Assembly: GCA_050575255.1 (NCBI GenBank)
Contig: JBNZDD010013676.1
Location: 423,764-487,763 of the forward strand
Source: Harriotta raleighana
Taxonomy: Eukaryota
Reading direction: 5' to 3'
Length of the DNA stretch: 64,000 nt
Shown one piece after another: positions 39,762 through 52,663 of this stretch. Below the pieces are notes generated by a model. That model made no database searches. It was not told where the DNA came from and worked only from the letters and a program-made list of their open reading frames with translations. The translations under genes and the position numbers were made by a program. Every line of letters starts with the position of its first letter. Position 1 is the stretch's first letter.

Positions 39762-40250
39762 CAATGGCTTCCTCCTCCCCGCCAGTTGCATTGAATTCAC
39801 ACCGTTCCCTCGGTGTCCGGTCGTGTTGGGGAGGCTCCTCTTCTTCCTCGCTTGTGGTGTGAGAGGGAGAGGGAGGGAGGGAAGGGGTAAAGGTGGAGGG
39901 GAGCTGCTTCGGTTGCCAACCGTCGGTCGAGTGAGGAGAACTAAGCGGTCGGGGTGTTTTTTTTTAGAAATATATATATATTCCTCTCAACAGTCCCTTC
40001 TCTTTCTCTCTCTCTTCCTTCTTCACGAAAAACGATCAAGCTTGTTGTTTCTTCTCTCTCTCTCTCTCTCTCTTTCGTTTCTTCTCTCTCTCTCTCTCTC
40101 TCTCTGATTTCTTACTCACTCTCTCTTTCTCTCTCTATGTCCTCTTCGGTTTGCGTTCCACCTAAAAACAAAAGTCGCCCCCCCTTTCAAACCCCCCCCC
40201 CCCCCCCCCCTCCCACAGCCTGGTCTTGTCTCCTTAGTTCAACCGGACCT
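39762..40250 (-). other. GNB1: Candidate GNB1 non-coding exon 1 (GA-rich 5'UTR); TSS approximate
   Basis: Donor CATTG/gtaagg at 39762/39761, just downstream of the CpG-rich promoter. An alternative donor gtgagt lies at about 40119. Confidence 0.5.
40051..40136. repeat. (CT)n/(GA)n microsatellites in the GNB1 5' region
   Basis: Direct inspection. Other (CT)n runs at 52619-52640 and 56261-56280; (AT)n at 40649-40668. Confidence 0.9.
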
Positions 40251-40615
40251 TAATGCGCGAAAACACAAGAAGCGCGGCTCCTCTCGGCCATTAGATGGAG
40301 ACACAGCAGCCTCTTGTCGAGCTCGAGCGGGCGGATGGGCGCGGCAACAGCCCCTGCACTGGACGCTCGGGAAACCCCACGCCTGACGTGCCCGGCCTGC
40401 CTTGCGCAGGCGCACAAGGGCGTAATCCACCCTCACTGCTTCGTCGTCGTTGTTGTAGCTGCAACTCACGCGCAGCCGTACGAGGAGTGGGGGAGTGGGG
40501 GGGGGGGGGGCGCCGACGCCGCGCAGGCGCACACGCCAGCTGCCTCACTCGACTCGTGTGGTCGCCTCGGGTGGGTGGTTGCAATTGCGCATGCGCAGAA
40601 GGGTGGGCGTAGTGT
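40230..40615. promoter_or_regulatory. CpG-island housekeeping promoter of GNB1
   Basis: Most CpG-dense stretch in the window. NRF1-type sites TGCGCATGCGCA 40586-40597, TGCGCAGGCGCA 40403-40414 and GCGCAGGCGCA 40521-40531; GC box 40329-40334; CRE-like TGACGTG 40384-40390. Confidence 0.8.
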
Positions 40616-41924
40616 GTGTATACATACACACACATTGTTACCAGAGAGATATATATATATATATATATTATGTGGCAGGGACAAAATCTTGCAGCTCCCT
40701 CTGATTTGATCTAGTTTGCAGCAAACCAGCCAAACTCAGCCAAGTCACTGCAGGCATTAAAAAAAATAAAGCTTGCATTTGATATAACAATAATATAGTG
40801 CCTTATTCACATCTTCGGGGCTTTGGGACATCCCGACCAACGTGAAAGGTGCTCCACAAATGTTATTTTGTCATCTCGAAGCTGAATAGACTGTAAAATG
40901 TAATAACTATATTTTGGAGGCGAAACGCAGCAGCCCATTGCACACATCAGTGACCCATAAACTAGTCATGGAATGAGTGACCAGTTTATTATTGTTCTTT
41001 TTATCTTTGGAAGGAAATATTACCCCCCAGAAAAGCAATCCGCCAATTGACTGACAACGGGGTTCCTACATACTGCTAGGTAAACGACGTGTGTAGAGTA
41101 AGAAAATTTCACCCTGAAGGGAATCAAATCCAATTCTAAGACCTGAGGCATAGGACACAAAAAAACAATGACTAGTTCCTCATATAGCTACAATTTCCTA
41201 CCCCACTTTATTCATTGGTATGTTTATTTGTTGAAATGAATGTTGCACATCAAAACATCGGCATGTATGCATGGCACACCTTGTTGTGAGTTGCCGAGAT
41301 ATTATCAGCAAAGCCTGAGATAATACTGTACCTAATACTGTATATAGCACAAATCCCTACCAGAGCCTAAACAGCTTGTAAAGATAAGCCCATATCAACA
41401 CAAACTGGCCTAAATGAAAGGGAGTTACAGTACAGTATTTAGATTTGACAATTTAGAAACTCTGGAACAGTATCCCTCTGTCCCCTCCCTCCCCATCTTT
41501 AGGTTGCGCCTAAAGACCTTCCTTCCTCAATGACCACACCTCTCTCCTTCCACCAACTCTGCATTGTGTTCTGCCACTGTTTAGTGCTGTAGGACACTAT
41601 AGTACAAGAGGAGCACTATATAAATGCAAATTGATGTGGTCCGTTGCAAATTGTTGCTGCAACTTGAGGACCGGGTGCAATATGCAAAAACTGTACTAAA
41701 TGGAATCCGTATAGGTAGAAATTGTATTTCAAATGTATCATTGTGCATGTAACTGATAAAGCTTCTGTTCTGTCACTGCAGTATAATAGTACTGTATGAT
41801 ACTTTCTCTAAACAGATATGGACCCTTTTCTACGGAGGTTGGAACCTAACTCCCTTTTAAACAATAGACGGGTCTGCACACCTCTCAGTAAAACTCCTGT
41901 GAAGTGCTTTGAGACAACAACATT

Positions 41925-42280
41925 TATATGACAAAACTACATTTATATAGCGCCTTTCACGTCAGGAGGACGTCCCAAGACGCTGGGCAGGTTACTGCTT
42001 CAGATCTGAGCTAAGGACAGGCTGGGGGGGAGCAGGGGACAGGAGTCGCCGATAGGACCATCGAGGAGAAGAGTCTTGAGGCGAGACTTGAAGGAGGCCA
42101 GGCCGGGGGCGAGGAGGAGGCACTTCGGGATGGAGTTCCAGAGGTCAAAGTGACTGAAGGCTCGCCCGCCAATGGTTGGGCGGGTGGGTTGGGGGACATG
42201 GAGCCAGCCAGAGCCTGCTGAGCGGAGGGGGCGGGCAGGTTGATAAGGGGATAGGAGGTCGGGGATATAGGGTGGGGCAA
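41925..42280 (-). mobile_element. L2 LINE 3' fragment
   Basis: LAPPYIPDLLSPYQPARPLRSA...TIGGRAFS...LWNSIP...SFKSRLKT plus tail. Confidence 0.88.
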
Positions 42281-43534
42281 GCTTGCTACATTGATGAGGT
42301 TGAGACATGTTGACAATGTGATAAATTGCTACATCAAATTGAAAGATCATTATGAAACACTCCCAGTTGATTCTGTACATATAGACATCCGGATCAGTGC
42401 ATTCCAAATTTCTAACCGATTCAGCGAAAGAGAAGGGAGTTTCTACTGGTACCCTGGCCAACAATCCTCCAGATAAAATTGGTCACTTATTTCCTGGTTG
42501 TTTGTGGGACATTGCTATATACAAATTGGCTGCAGAGTTCACCTACAAAATTTACAGTGACTACGCTCTGCCATAAGTCCTGTGATGGGCTTTGAGACAT
42601 TCTGATGACGTGATCAGATGCTATATCAAATGTAAGGATTATTTTATTCATCCCTCCACCGGAATGCTGCACAATCCTTTATCTAGCTTGTCAATGCTGC
42701 TCATTACACATCATTCAGCTCACCCTATAACCTTGTTAGCTCTAGTGAGTAGAAGACAAGTTCACACAGTCTTAATTAAAAGCACAGCTTCCTTTATTTC
42801 TCTTTTATTTCCAGAGTTTTTGAGAGACTGTTGCAGAAGTCAAAAGTAGGCACGTTATCCACAGAAAAGTAAAAACCTTGGAAAAATTTACAGCGACAGC
42901 TATCGCTGCAATATAGTTCTCCTAAATAAACCTGCAAATAAATAGAATCAAATGCCTGAGTTCGTTTTAATTATTTAGTAGCATTGTTCGGTTCTCGGTA
43001 GCTATAAGCATTAAAATCAATTCAGCATCATCAACACTCTAATGAGGGAAAGGAAGGTTAGGGAAAGAGACATTGCAACAACATTGTATTTACACAGCGC
43101 CTTTCATGTTGGGAGGATGTCCCAAGGGGCTGGACAGTCAGGGATTTGTGCGTGGGCTGGGCTCAGGAGGGGTGGAGGGCGTGGAGGGTGGGGTAGGAGG
43201 GTGACCAAAGGCACGGTCAAAGAGGAGAGTCTTAAGAAGGGCCTTGAAGGAAACAATGGAGGGAGCGAGGTGAAGGGACTGTGGGATGGATTTTCAAAGG
43301 ATGGGGTCAGAGGCTGAAGGAAAGAACATTAGCAAAGAAACAGCAAATAGCCAACTGAAATTCCACAACACTAGAGAGGAAAGTGTTTCCCCTTGCCACC
43401 CCATTTCACCACAATCTTCCCATTAAATCATCGGGGCCTTCCTGAGCAGAATGCCTGCTGTGATGGCTTACAAATACACACAGTCACTACGCTTGACATC
43501 AATTCCTGCAAAGTTCTTTGTGACATTCTTGGTA

Positions 43535-43840
43535 CTGTGGAATTCTGTGGCTCAGTGGTTAGAGCACTCGCCTTACAAGTGAGAGAACAGGTTGAATTCC
43601 AGGGCAGGTTTCCTTACTCCACAGGCCTAATAATAATAATCCCTGAAGAACAAACAATAACAAATTCAATCTATTCAATCCATGACTGTGCAGTGGGACA
43701 CTGCTGTGCGCAATTGGCTGCGGCGTTTGTCCGACAAAATATGTAGGCAATTCACTTTACAGTATATTCTGTGAAGCACTTTGAGGCGACTCAGTGACGT
43801 GATAAGCCGCTATATCAAATGGAAGGATTGTTACCATTAT
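43535..43840 (+). mobile_element. tRNA-derived SINE, short form
   Basis: Head, core and tail of the family all present. Confidence 0.85.
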
Positions 43841-46800
43841 TATAAGTTCTTTTGCTTGCAGCAAGTTGGAATTCCAATGAGACGTCAGGAAGGAAATAGC
43901 CTTGATCTTTATGGGAAAATCCGCACAGGTCATTTCCACCTTTTATGAAGGAAAAACATCAACAATGTGCCTGGAACATATTTGAGAGTTGTCGGGAAGA
44001 CATTGGGGTTGAACAAGCAGCAAAGAGAGGAATGGGAGTTGGAAGGTGTTGAATCTTTTGGAGGAGGGTGGGAGGGGGTGGGGGGGGACTGACACATGCG
44101 GAATCCCATCGCCGTTGCTTGAGAGTATCCAAACCAAGCTGAGAATTCCGTGGCATCCCACCTAAATCCAGATAGATTGTTGGAATGGGATATGTGCCCT
44201 GTCTCTCTCCCTGGATGGACTAATTCCAAAAAGAATTGGGTTGAGGTTGGTAGGAGCCAAGGCTTGGGGGAGCCCAGAATTGGGGTACCAGCTAAAACCC
44301 AATAGGTTGCCATTGTCTGGAAAGCTTTCCCACTGCTTGTCCAGTTAGGACCACTCTATCTATTAGGGCTTTGGCTTGCAGAGTTAACAAGAGTTAACTG
44401 TTTTTGTGGGAGGATTCCTTTCCCCCAATGACTGGTCTGTCCTGCTAGGTCCTGCCAATGAGTCAGGCTGGGTCATGCTGTCATCAGTACTGGAATACTG
44501 CGGAGCCGCCTAGCTCAGGAAACGGACTGCCGAGATCTCCCTGTTGAGCAAAACACCCAATATATAATGCAAAGCGTTTTGAGACGTCCCGAAGAAATGA
44601 TTAGGTGCTGTATCGAATGCATGGATGATTCAAAACACCTTTTTAAGGGGGTTTTAAAAAGCACGTTATGTTCATTTGTTTTTAAATCGCTGGATTGTTT
44701 TGATCCAGATTTGTTTATTCCTTCAAAATGCGTGGGGAGGAAATTGGTTGCGACGGCTTTGCTTGTAACACAGCTATTGTAAACTCCCAAATGTCATCCA
44801 TGGTGAAAGGTTTGCTGACTTGGCATTGGTTTCCTCTTTTCCCGCTTTCCTCAGCGTAGGTAAACAATGGCTTGATGCGAAGCAGAGCAAGTGATGTGTT
44901 TAACAAACGATCTGCCAAGTCCTGACAGAATGCATATTAGAACATGGCGACCGAGTTTTATTTAGACAAACTCCCAAGGCAGACAATGAGGATGGACGGA
45001 GGGAAAACTATTTTGCTAGAGTTCTCGCTAAGTGAGTCACTGTCCGTGGTTGAATTCTGATGCACAACCAAACGTTAGATCCGGATTGACACACACAATC
45101 CAGCTGAGGCGAGACTGGAAAGTCTAAATTTATATCAAAAGGAGGCCTTGCAGTTCACTGTTTATACACCGAGCAGTTTGCCTGTGTTATGTTAACGTGG
45201 TTTTCCGTCCCGAGACAAAACTTTCGGGGCCAGGAAATATGCTAACATTTATCCCTGGAAGGACATATATCTCCTTAAGAACGAAGAAAAGTGCGTTTGA
45301 ATAAACTGAAGCAGAGAAACCATGAAAAGTTACCCCAAACATCAGAACTCCAAAGGGAACAGATTACATTAACAAGGGTTGAATAACAAAATAAGACAGA
45401 CAACTTAATCCTGTCCTTGCTGGAAGACAAAATGTGCAAATTACTGTTTCTCCCCCAAGTTTCACTGAAGTTCTCATGATTTAATTAACAAGATTATTCT
45501 TCGGGTCAATTATACTAAGAAGAATCCTTGCAGCTGATATAGCGCCTGTAACGTTGAAACATCTTAAAGCTCTTCAGAGGCAATCGTTGCCAAATGTAAT
45601 GACTGTGTTTTTTGCGATTGATATTGGCTTGTGTAATTGTACAACTTGACGACGATAACAACATGCAGTTACATAGCATCCCTCACACAGGGTAGAGTCC
45701 CAGAGCGCTTGACTGTGACCGAGCAAGACCCCGAGCCAGGGTTGTTTTTTCCAGTAGGAACGTTCGAAGAGGAAGGTCCTCAGGCACGACGGGGAAGGAA
45801 GGGGCAAGGAGGAGGGATAGAGGAAGAGTGTTCCTGAGTTTTAGGGTCACTGTGACATCTAGTCCAATGTAAGTGGCTCCATAGTCATGATGCTTTAAAC
45901 TATCCATATGCTTTCAAGCCTCACAGGATGTAAAGGCTGGGGTTCTGATACTGTTCCAATGGTGATGTCCTGGCTGTGGGCCTATGCAATTTTGATTAAG
46001 AAGGTAAAGTCAGCAATGGTATACTGTACGGTCGTCAAAATGGTGCAGGTGGCAGGTTTGTCAGATGGCAGTGAACAAAGTCTCTTTATTCATCAGTAAA
46101 TGCAATACATTTCCCCGATCGAAAGACCAAATTAGAGACCCAGCTGTGTCAGTCATTGATGATTGATCAATTGATGAGGGAGGGAGGGGATTGAGGAAGG
46201 AGACTTGTATTTAATATAATTGCTTTATCACGTCAAAACATTTCCAAAGCACTTTACAATTCGTAAGTGCAATTTGCTGTGGCGGAGGCCTTCTGTCCAT
46301 CGATTATTGACTGTAACACATACATTAGTCCAATAATCTCCAGCAGCATCAGGCACATCGCAGATAATGTTCTGGCTGGAACATCAGCCCTCGGCCTGCC
46401 CCTGTGTCTCTTACACAGCAGAAAGTGACGCAATATCAACGGCTGGGGGATGAGCTGAGGTTTGTCACTCACTCGCTAGTGACATTACCACCAATCGATG
46501 GTGTCCCTCCAATCTTGGCCTGAAATGTCTCATAGTCTGAAGATTGACCGTTTCAACCAACCAACAACACTTCTTTAGTGCTCTTCACACAGGGTAGCGC
46601 CTCAGGGCGCTCATCAGTGGCGGAGCCTGACTCCAGGCCAAGATAGTTGGGGGTAGAGTTTGGTAAGCATGTTCGAATCAGGCTCAACCTGAAGATGGGG
46701 AATGAGGGGGGAAGGCATAGGGCTAGAGGGAGAGGATGTATTACATGATGATGTAATACATCACCCATCTCCATTAGAACAGGCTGTTTTAGGTCTGTAC

Positions 46801-47217
46801 ATCCGGATATCTCGTCAGAATAGGACCTTGGGGGATAAATGGCGGTATGGAAAGGAAGTGGGCCCAGCTGGCCTCGGAAGCAGGAAGTTATATTGTGACC
46901 ATGGGTCCACATGAGTGAGCCAACCCTCTAATGAGGATAATGGGACCTTCGTTTACCTCAAATACTGAACAGTCAAACACAGCACCTCCTCCCATCTCTA
47001 TGCTCTTTATTGTGCCAACAACTTTTCGAATGGTATTGCAAACAAAGTCGCTACATTCGTTTAGTCTATAAACATCCCCTCGTGTGAAAGTCTCCGCTCT
47101 GACAGCGCAGGCAAGCAACAGACAGATCTGAGGCCATTCAAGTTACCTCACAAGTGCCAGGAAATTAGCAACTTCGTGGGACAAACACGACGTTGTTGCA
47201 TTTCTGTAAATAACCCA

Positions 47218-47552
47218 GTCCTGTAGTATAGTGGATAGAGCGCTCACCTCACGAGCGAAAAGTCCCTGGTTCAATTCCTGGGCAGTGCAAAACAAACCTT
47301 GGACAAATTGCCTTTACTCCACATGTTTCTGTCTATCTAGCAATAAGTAGATGTTTGGAGGATCATTTACCTTGGGATAATAATTCTTCACCCCCAAAAT
47401 TCAGTCATTTAATCCATAACTGTTGTATTGCTGTACGCAATTAGCTGCAGCCTTTCACCCACCAAATATACAGTCAATGAACTTTATAATATAACCTGTG
47501 AATCTCTTTGAGACGCGTCAACTACATGACAAGACGCTGTATCGAATGCAAA
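47218..47552 (+). mobile_element. tRNA-Val-like SINE, long form
   Basis: Head gtagtatagtggatagagcgctcacctcacgagcgaaaagtccctggttcaattcc resembles tRNA-Val(CAC); SINE body follows. Confidence 0.8.
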
Positions 47553-49169
47553 CTTCTGACCAGGCTAACGTGCCATGGTAACCGGGAGCTCAGATTTGGG
47601 ATGGTATAAGATGCCACTTTGAATATAAATGCTAGGGTTTTGCTTGATTTGAGACATCCTCCTGACATTGAAGGTGCTGTATAAGCGTGAATTGTCGATT
47701 TCCCTTTCGGGGTGGAGGATGTGAGTGTGGGTGGGGGGCGGAGGGGGAGGAGGGAGCAGGTGGAGGGAGTTCAAACTTTCCAGGACTTTCTCGCAAGTAT
47801 ATTTTTGTAGAATCTGTGAAACAGGAAATGAAATTGCATCTGGCCAATGAAAGCCATTATACTTGATGGACTGACGGCCTTTTCTCATTGTATTCTCTAT
47901 GTTGTGACCTGCGTTCATTCTGTTGCCAAGCTACAATGGAATTGAGGCCCTTTGCAACTCTTAGGCCAACAAACCCTCCGGATTAACAGGCCACTTGCAG
48001 CCGCCCACAAACGACCCAAAACGCAGTCACTACACTTGACGTTGATCGCGGTGAAGCATTTTGGGACAAGTCTGACGTCATAAAGTGCTCCTACAAAATC
48101 CTGAGTTCTGCTTTCTGTCCATTTACAGGTCTACGTTCGCCATCTTGGGGTGTAGACAGCACACTGCAACTCCGCTAAACTATCGAAAGACACCCACTGG
48201 CCTCTCTATCAAAGCTAAAGCAAGACAGGAAGGAAATGATCCTGTGCGTGAGCACGTCAACAATCCTCCACGTCTTTTAGATGTTCCCAAACTGGTGGGA
48301 AATTACGCAGAAGAAACTGCTGGTGTTTACATCCCCGAGTCACGAGAAGAAACAATATAATAATAATAATTAGAACCCTTGCATTTGATATAACTGTAAG
48401 GACCTTATCAAGTTTTCGAACCGTCTCTAAGCGTCTCAGAAGCTGGGAAAGTAAAGAGAAGGTAATTAATAATGATCCTTGCATTTGATGATTACTCTTC
48501 ACTTCGGTGGCATATCGCAAAGCGCTTCATAGGAATTTACCGTAAAGTGCAGTGACTGTATGCTGTAGGCCAACGCCGCAGTCAGTTTGTAAAGGAGACT
48601 TCTGCAAACAAGTCACGAGGAAGTGAAGGACCAATTTATCTGGAGGTTCGTTGGCCGGAAACCTCGAGGGAGAAACTCGCTTCTCTTTGTTGGAGAAGTG
48701 CGTGTTCCAGGGGTCAATCCGTTCAGGACATCGGTCAACATCAGCTCTGTGAAGGATAGTGGCAACCTGCAAGGCAGTTGTTATTTGGAAGGTATTTAGA
48801 AAGAATCATGGCGTAATCCAGAATTAGGTTAGATGGGGATTAGCAGATACGTCTGCAATCGCCAGTCAACCACCTTCATGAACTGTCTTCTCTTTTTCCG
48901 ATGACATAAATAGCACCATCGGACAGTTGACACTCGCTGAGCAACTCACAAAATACACAGTCACTACGCTTTACGGTATACCCTGTGAAGCACTTTGAGA
49001 CATCTCAACGAAGTGATAAGGCCACTAGATCAAATGCGAGGATTATTATTATTGTCGCTAATAATAAATAACCCTTTTGTTCCACTTGTTAACAACATTT
49101 CTGTGTTTTTTTGCAATAGGTTTGTGGAGGCTAATTTACCGTTATGTCCGAATAATTTGAATAATAATC

Positions 49170-50155
49170 ATTCAGAATCCTTTTATCTATAATAGTCATG
49201 TTATTGAGTCATCTCAAAGCGCTTCACAGAATATATATTGTAAAGTGACTGAGTGTGTATTTTGTGAGTGAAACACGGCAGCTAATCGCACACAGAGGTG
49301 TCCCAAAAGCAGTCATGGATCCAGTGACCACATTTTATTGTTTGCTTGGTTTTGATTTAAGTTGAGTACAATTATTACCCCTGGAAAGTAATCCACCAAT
49401 TGACTAAGAACTGGGTTCCTACTTGCTGCTAGGTAAAGAGAGAAGTGTGGCGTAAGTTAACTTAGGAAGCCAGGTCCTCTAACCACTGTGCTACCGGACT
49501 CCAATGAGGTTAGAGAAGTTCCACTATGTAGAGCCATTCTCTGGAGATGATTTTAAATAAATGTTCTCTCTAATCGTTGGCCTTATTTGGTTTGCTGATC
49601 CCTAAGCATTCTCCAGAGACCCGCAGTCACCTGTTCCGATAACAGGCTAACTGACTGACTGATGGGAATTGGGAATTGGTTGAAGATCTGTCTGCAATGC
49701 AATTCATTTCACTCGCAGTACAGCCTAGTGTGAGCTTTGCTCCTCAGCCAATTGGGGCACTTTGGAAGTTTTCTGAGGCTGCTGGGGAGTCCTGAAGCAA
49801 CAAAATAAAATTATATTTGTATACATAGTGGTTAGCACACTTACCTTGTAAGTGAGTGGACCAGGGTTCGATTCCTTGCGGGTGTGAAATCTTAGGCAAG
49901 TTTCTTTATTCCACACACAAGCCTCTGCTTACCTAGCAGTGAGTAGGAACCTGGTTCTTAGTCGATTACCGGTTCGCTTTCCGGGGGTAACAATCTATAA
50001 AAAAAAATTGGGGTCACTCGATCCACGACTGTTTGTGGGACATTGCTGTGCGCAATTAGCTGCCATGTTTCACCTACAAAATATACAATATATTCTGTGA
50101 AGAGCTTTGAGACACCTCAACAATGTGATACGTCGCCAATATCAAATGCGAGGAA
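49170..50155. mobile_element. Divergent pair of long-form SINEs (49170-49500 minus; 49825-50155 plus)
   Basis: Both carry the extra internal ctct..ttacctagcag..agtaggaacc.. segment. Confidence 0.8.
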
Positions 50156-52269
50156 TAGTATACCTTATTGTTAGATTTTCAGATAACAATTGAACTTGTA
50201 AGAGCTGCTCAAATCCAGCCCTTGACACCTGAAAACCTTCTCATTCGGGCTCCCACTGTAGCCTGTTGAGTTTCGAGTTCGTGAAGTGAGAGACAGCTGG
50301 TGTGGCTCCTGATTGACACGAATCCCTCTGGACATTGCTTGGGTCAGGCTGGGATCTGGCCAAATCTCACAAAAATATCATCAGTGTAATTGGAAGAGTC
50401 ACTTGGGAAATACCCAAAGAGTAATGGTCAAACATGGAAACGTTCCCTATTCTCGGACGCGCTCTGGGGAATTTGGGAATTTTTTTTCCCCTCATCCGGG
50501 ATCGCTCAGCCTTTTTTTTTCAGATGGGATTTATTCCTTCATTTCGAAGACGGGTTTTCAATTTCATGAAAGAGCAGTCATGCTCCAAGTTCGAGACTGA
50601 ACTCAACAGTTAGTCGGATTCCAGTCGCTCAAATCTGCTACACAAATAACTAGAGTAAATCTAATAAATTATACAACTGTCCTTGCATTTGCACTCAACA
50701 GTGTCCCACAAATAGTCGTGGATTCCTTTTAGAGAGATTGTTACCGCCGGAAAGCGATTCACCAACTGAACTAATAACCGGGTTCCTACTTACTATGCTG
50801 TGCACAATTGGCTGCTGCGTTTCACCCAAAATATACAGTCAATTCACTTTACAGAATATTCTGTGAAGCGCTTTGAGAAGTCTATAAATCTGATAATATC
50901 GCAGTTGTCCAGAAGATGTCTCAAAGAGACGAAGAGAAGACTTGAAAAGTGCTACATCAAATGCAAGTTTTATTATTATTACTCCTACGCAAACAGTGGT
51001 GTGTGTGGGAAGGAAGACTTACCTAAGCTTTCACCCTGCCTGGGAATTGAACCCGGGTCCATTTCGCTTGTGAGGCGAGTGCACAAACCACTGGGCTACA
51101 GGATTCCTGTTCATTTGGTATCACAGGCAAAAGTGTGCTTCTGATGGCTGATCCAGCCATTTCCTGCTTAAAGGTGGACGTGTGAGATAGAGGGGTTGGG
51201 GCAGGACTGGAGTTATCGATAATCACCCCATTGTCGAATAGCCTGTCCACCCGCACTGGCAGGTTACTCAAATAGTAATTACAATAATCCTTACAATACA
51301 TCATCATGTCACAGAGACTCCTGAAAGTGCTTCACAGGATATACTGCAATGTGGATTGACTGCGTATTTTGTGGGCGAAATGAGGCAGCTAATTGAGATA
51401 CCAGAAAACGCCAGTGCCCCAGGCAATGGAATCAAATGATCTCGAGAGAGAAGCAAAGAGGGGACAAGGGGGAACACACATACAGGCATCAGCTCCTGTT
51501 CTTTCAATGCAAACACACCGAAAAAAAATGCCCTGGTTATTAATTTTACCTTCTCTGAAGATTCCCAAGTTGCTAAATATAGACCCTGCCTTTGATCAGT
51601 GAACACAACGCAGGCTTCAGTTCCTTTGATATCCAAACATCACTTTGGAAGCCATCAGTCACTGGAAGGTTTAGTAAACCCCAGCACATCAAGTCACAAA
51701 CTGCTCTTTGATAAGGAATTGGGCTCACAGTGTGGACTGACAAGGCAAGTGGAAAACTGTCGGGGAGGGTGAGGGGGGAGAGGATCAGAGAACAAATTAA
51801 TTAAGTCTTGTCTCCCTGTTCAGGTGGACGAACAAGATGCCAGGACAGCTTGGGAGAAAAGAAATTGAGTTTCTCTCGCGAGCCTTCAAATCAATCCATC
51901 GTTTGTCTCATGGCTACAAAGCCCAGTGTCTCGATAATTGACGGTAAACGAATAGTCCAAATCACTTTTGACAGGACGTCTGTAAAAATGCAATTGTTTT
52001 TCTTTCAGGCATTTCAACCTGTGGAGCGCTATAAAATGCCATCTCTGTCAGTTCTTCTGGTTAGAAAGCTCAGATAACAGTAACAATCCTTGACATTTGA
52101 TATGGCACCTTATCAAGTCTTTGAGACGTTTCAAAGTGCCTCATAGACTACATTGTAGAATGGATTGAGTGTATATTTTATGGAGGCAGCTTCCACTTGT
52201 AGAATCTTCCAGCCTAGTTTCGAAGCTCTTAAGCACAGTGAAGGGGTCTCCACTTACATCATGCCAGAC

Positions 52270-52510
52270 ACCCACCCACACACCCACCCACCCAGCTGAC
52301 CCAAACACAAGTTTTTCTTTTCATTTAATGTCATCCCAGTGAAAAAAATATTCCCCCCCAAAGGGAGCGCTTCAGTCGCAATCAAATGGAAACCTTTCCT
52401 TGTGGCAGGAAAGAGCATTGCAAAACTTTGCGCTGGTCAGCAAAGAAAATCAAAGTCCATCGCCATTCCACAAATAGAAACCAATGGGTTTGTCTAACCA
52501 TAAAAGGTAA
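52270..52510 (+). promoter_or_regulatory. CALML6 proximal promoter with CArG, MCAT, E-box and CACCC motifs
   Basis: CCATAAAAGG 52498-52507, CATTCCA 52464-52470, CCAAT 52481-52485, CAGCTG 52293-52298, CACCC repeats 52270-52292; 150-390 nt upstream of the ATG. Confidence 0.55.
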
Positions 52511-52660
52511 CTCTAACAGTCAAATCCATTGGGTACTGACACACTCAACCTCCTCAATAATGTAGAAGATATGTGTGTTTGTCGGTAGGGCTCGATCACT
52601 GGCATCGCAAGGTTGATCTTCTCTCTCTCTCTCTCTCTCTGGCCTTGTTGTCACAGCAGG

Positions 52661-52663
52661 ATG
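52661..52663 (+). CDS. CALML6: Calglandulin/CALML6 exon 1, contributing only the start ATG
   Basis: gcaggATG/gtaagt consensus donor; ATG-only first coding exon is typical of calmodulin-family genes; phase 0 joins GCG at 56346. Confidence 0.8.

Noticed and set aside
39059-39813. ~370-bp direct duplication covering the candidate GNB1 exon-1 donor (apparent duplicated first exon), and ORFs 38778..39305, 39265..40107 and 39412..39690
   Set aside because: The copies abut a single N at 39430, the signature of overlapping contig ends joined in a scaffold. The ORFs are low-complexity.
47218-47290. tRNA-Val-like sequence as a tRNA gene
   Set aside because: Stems are broken and it continues into the SINE body; it is a SINE head.
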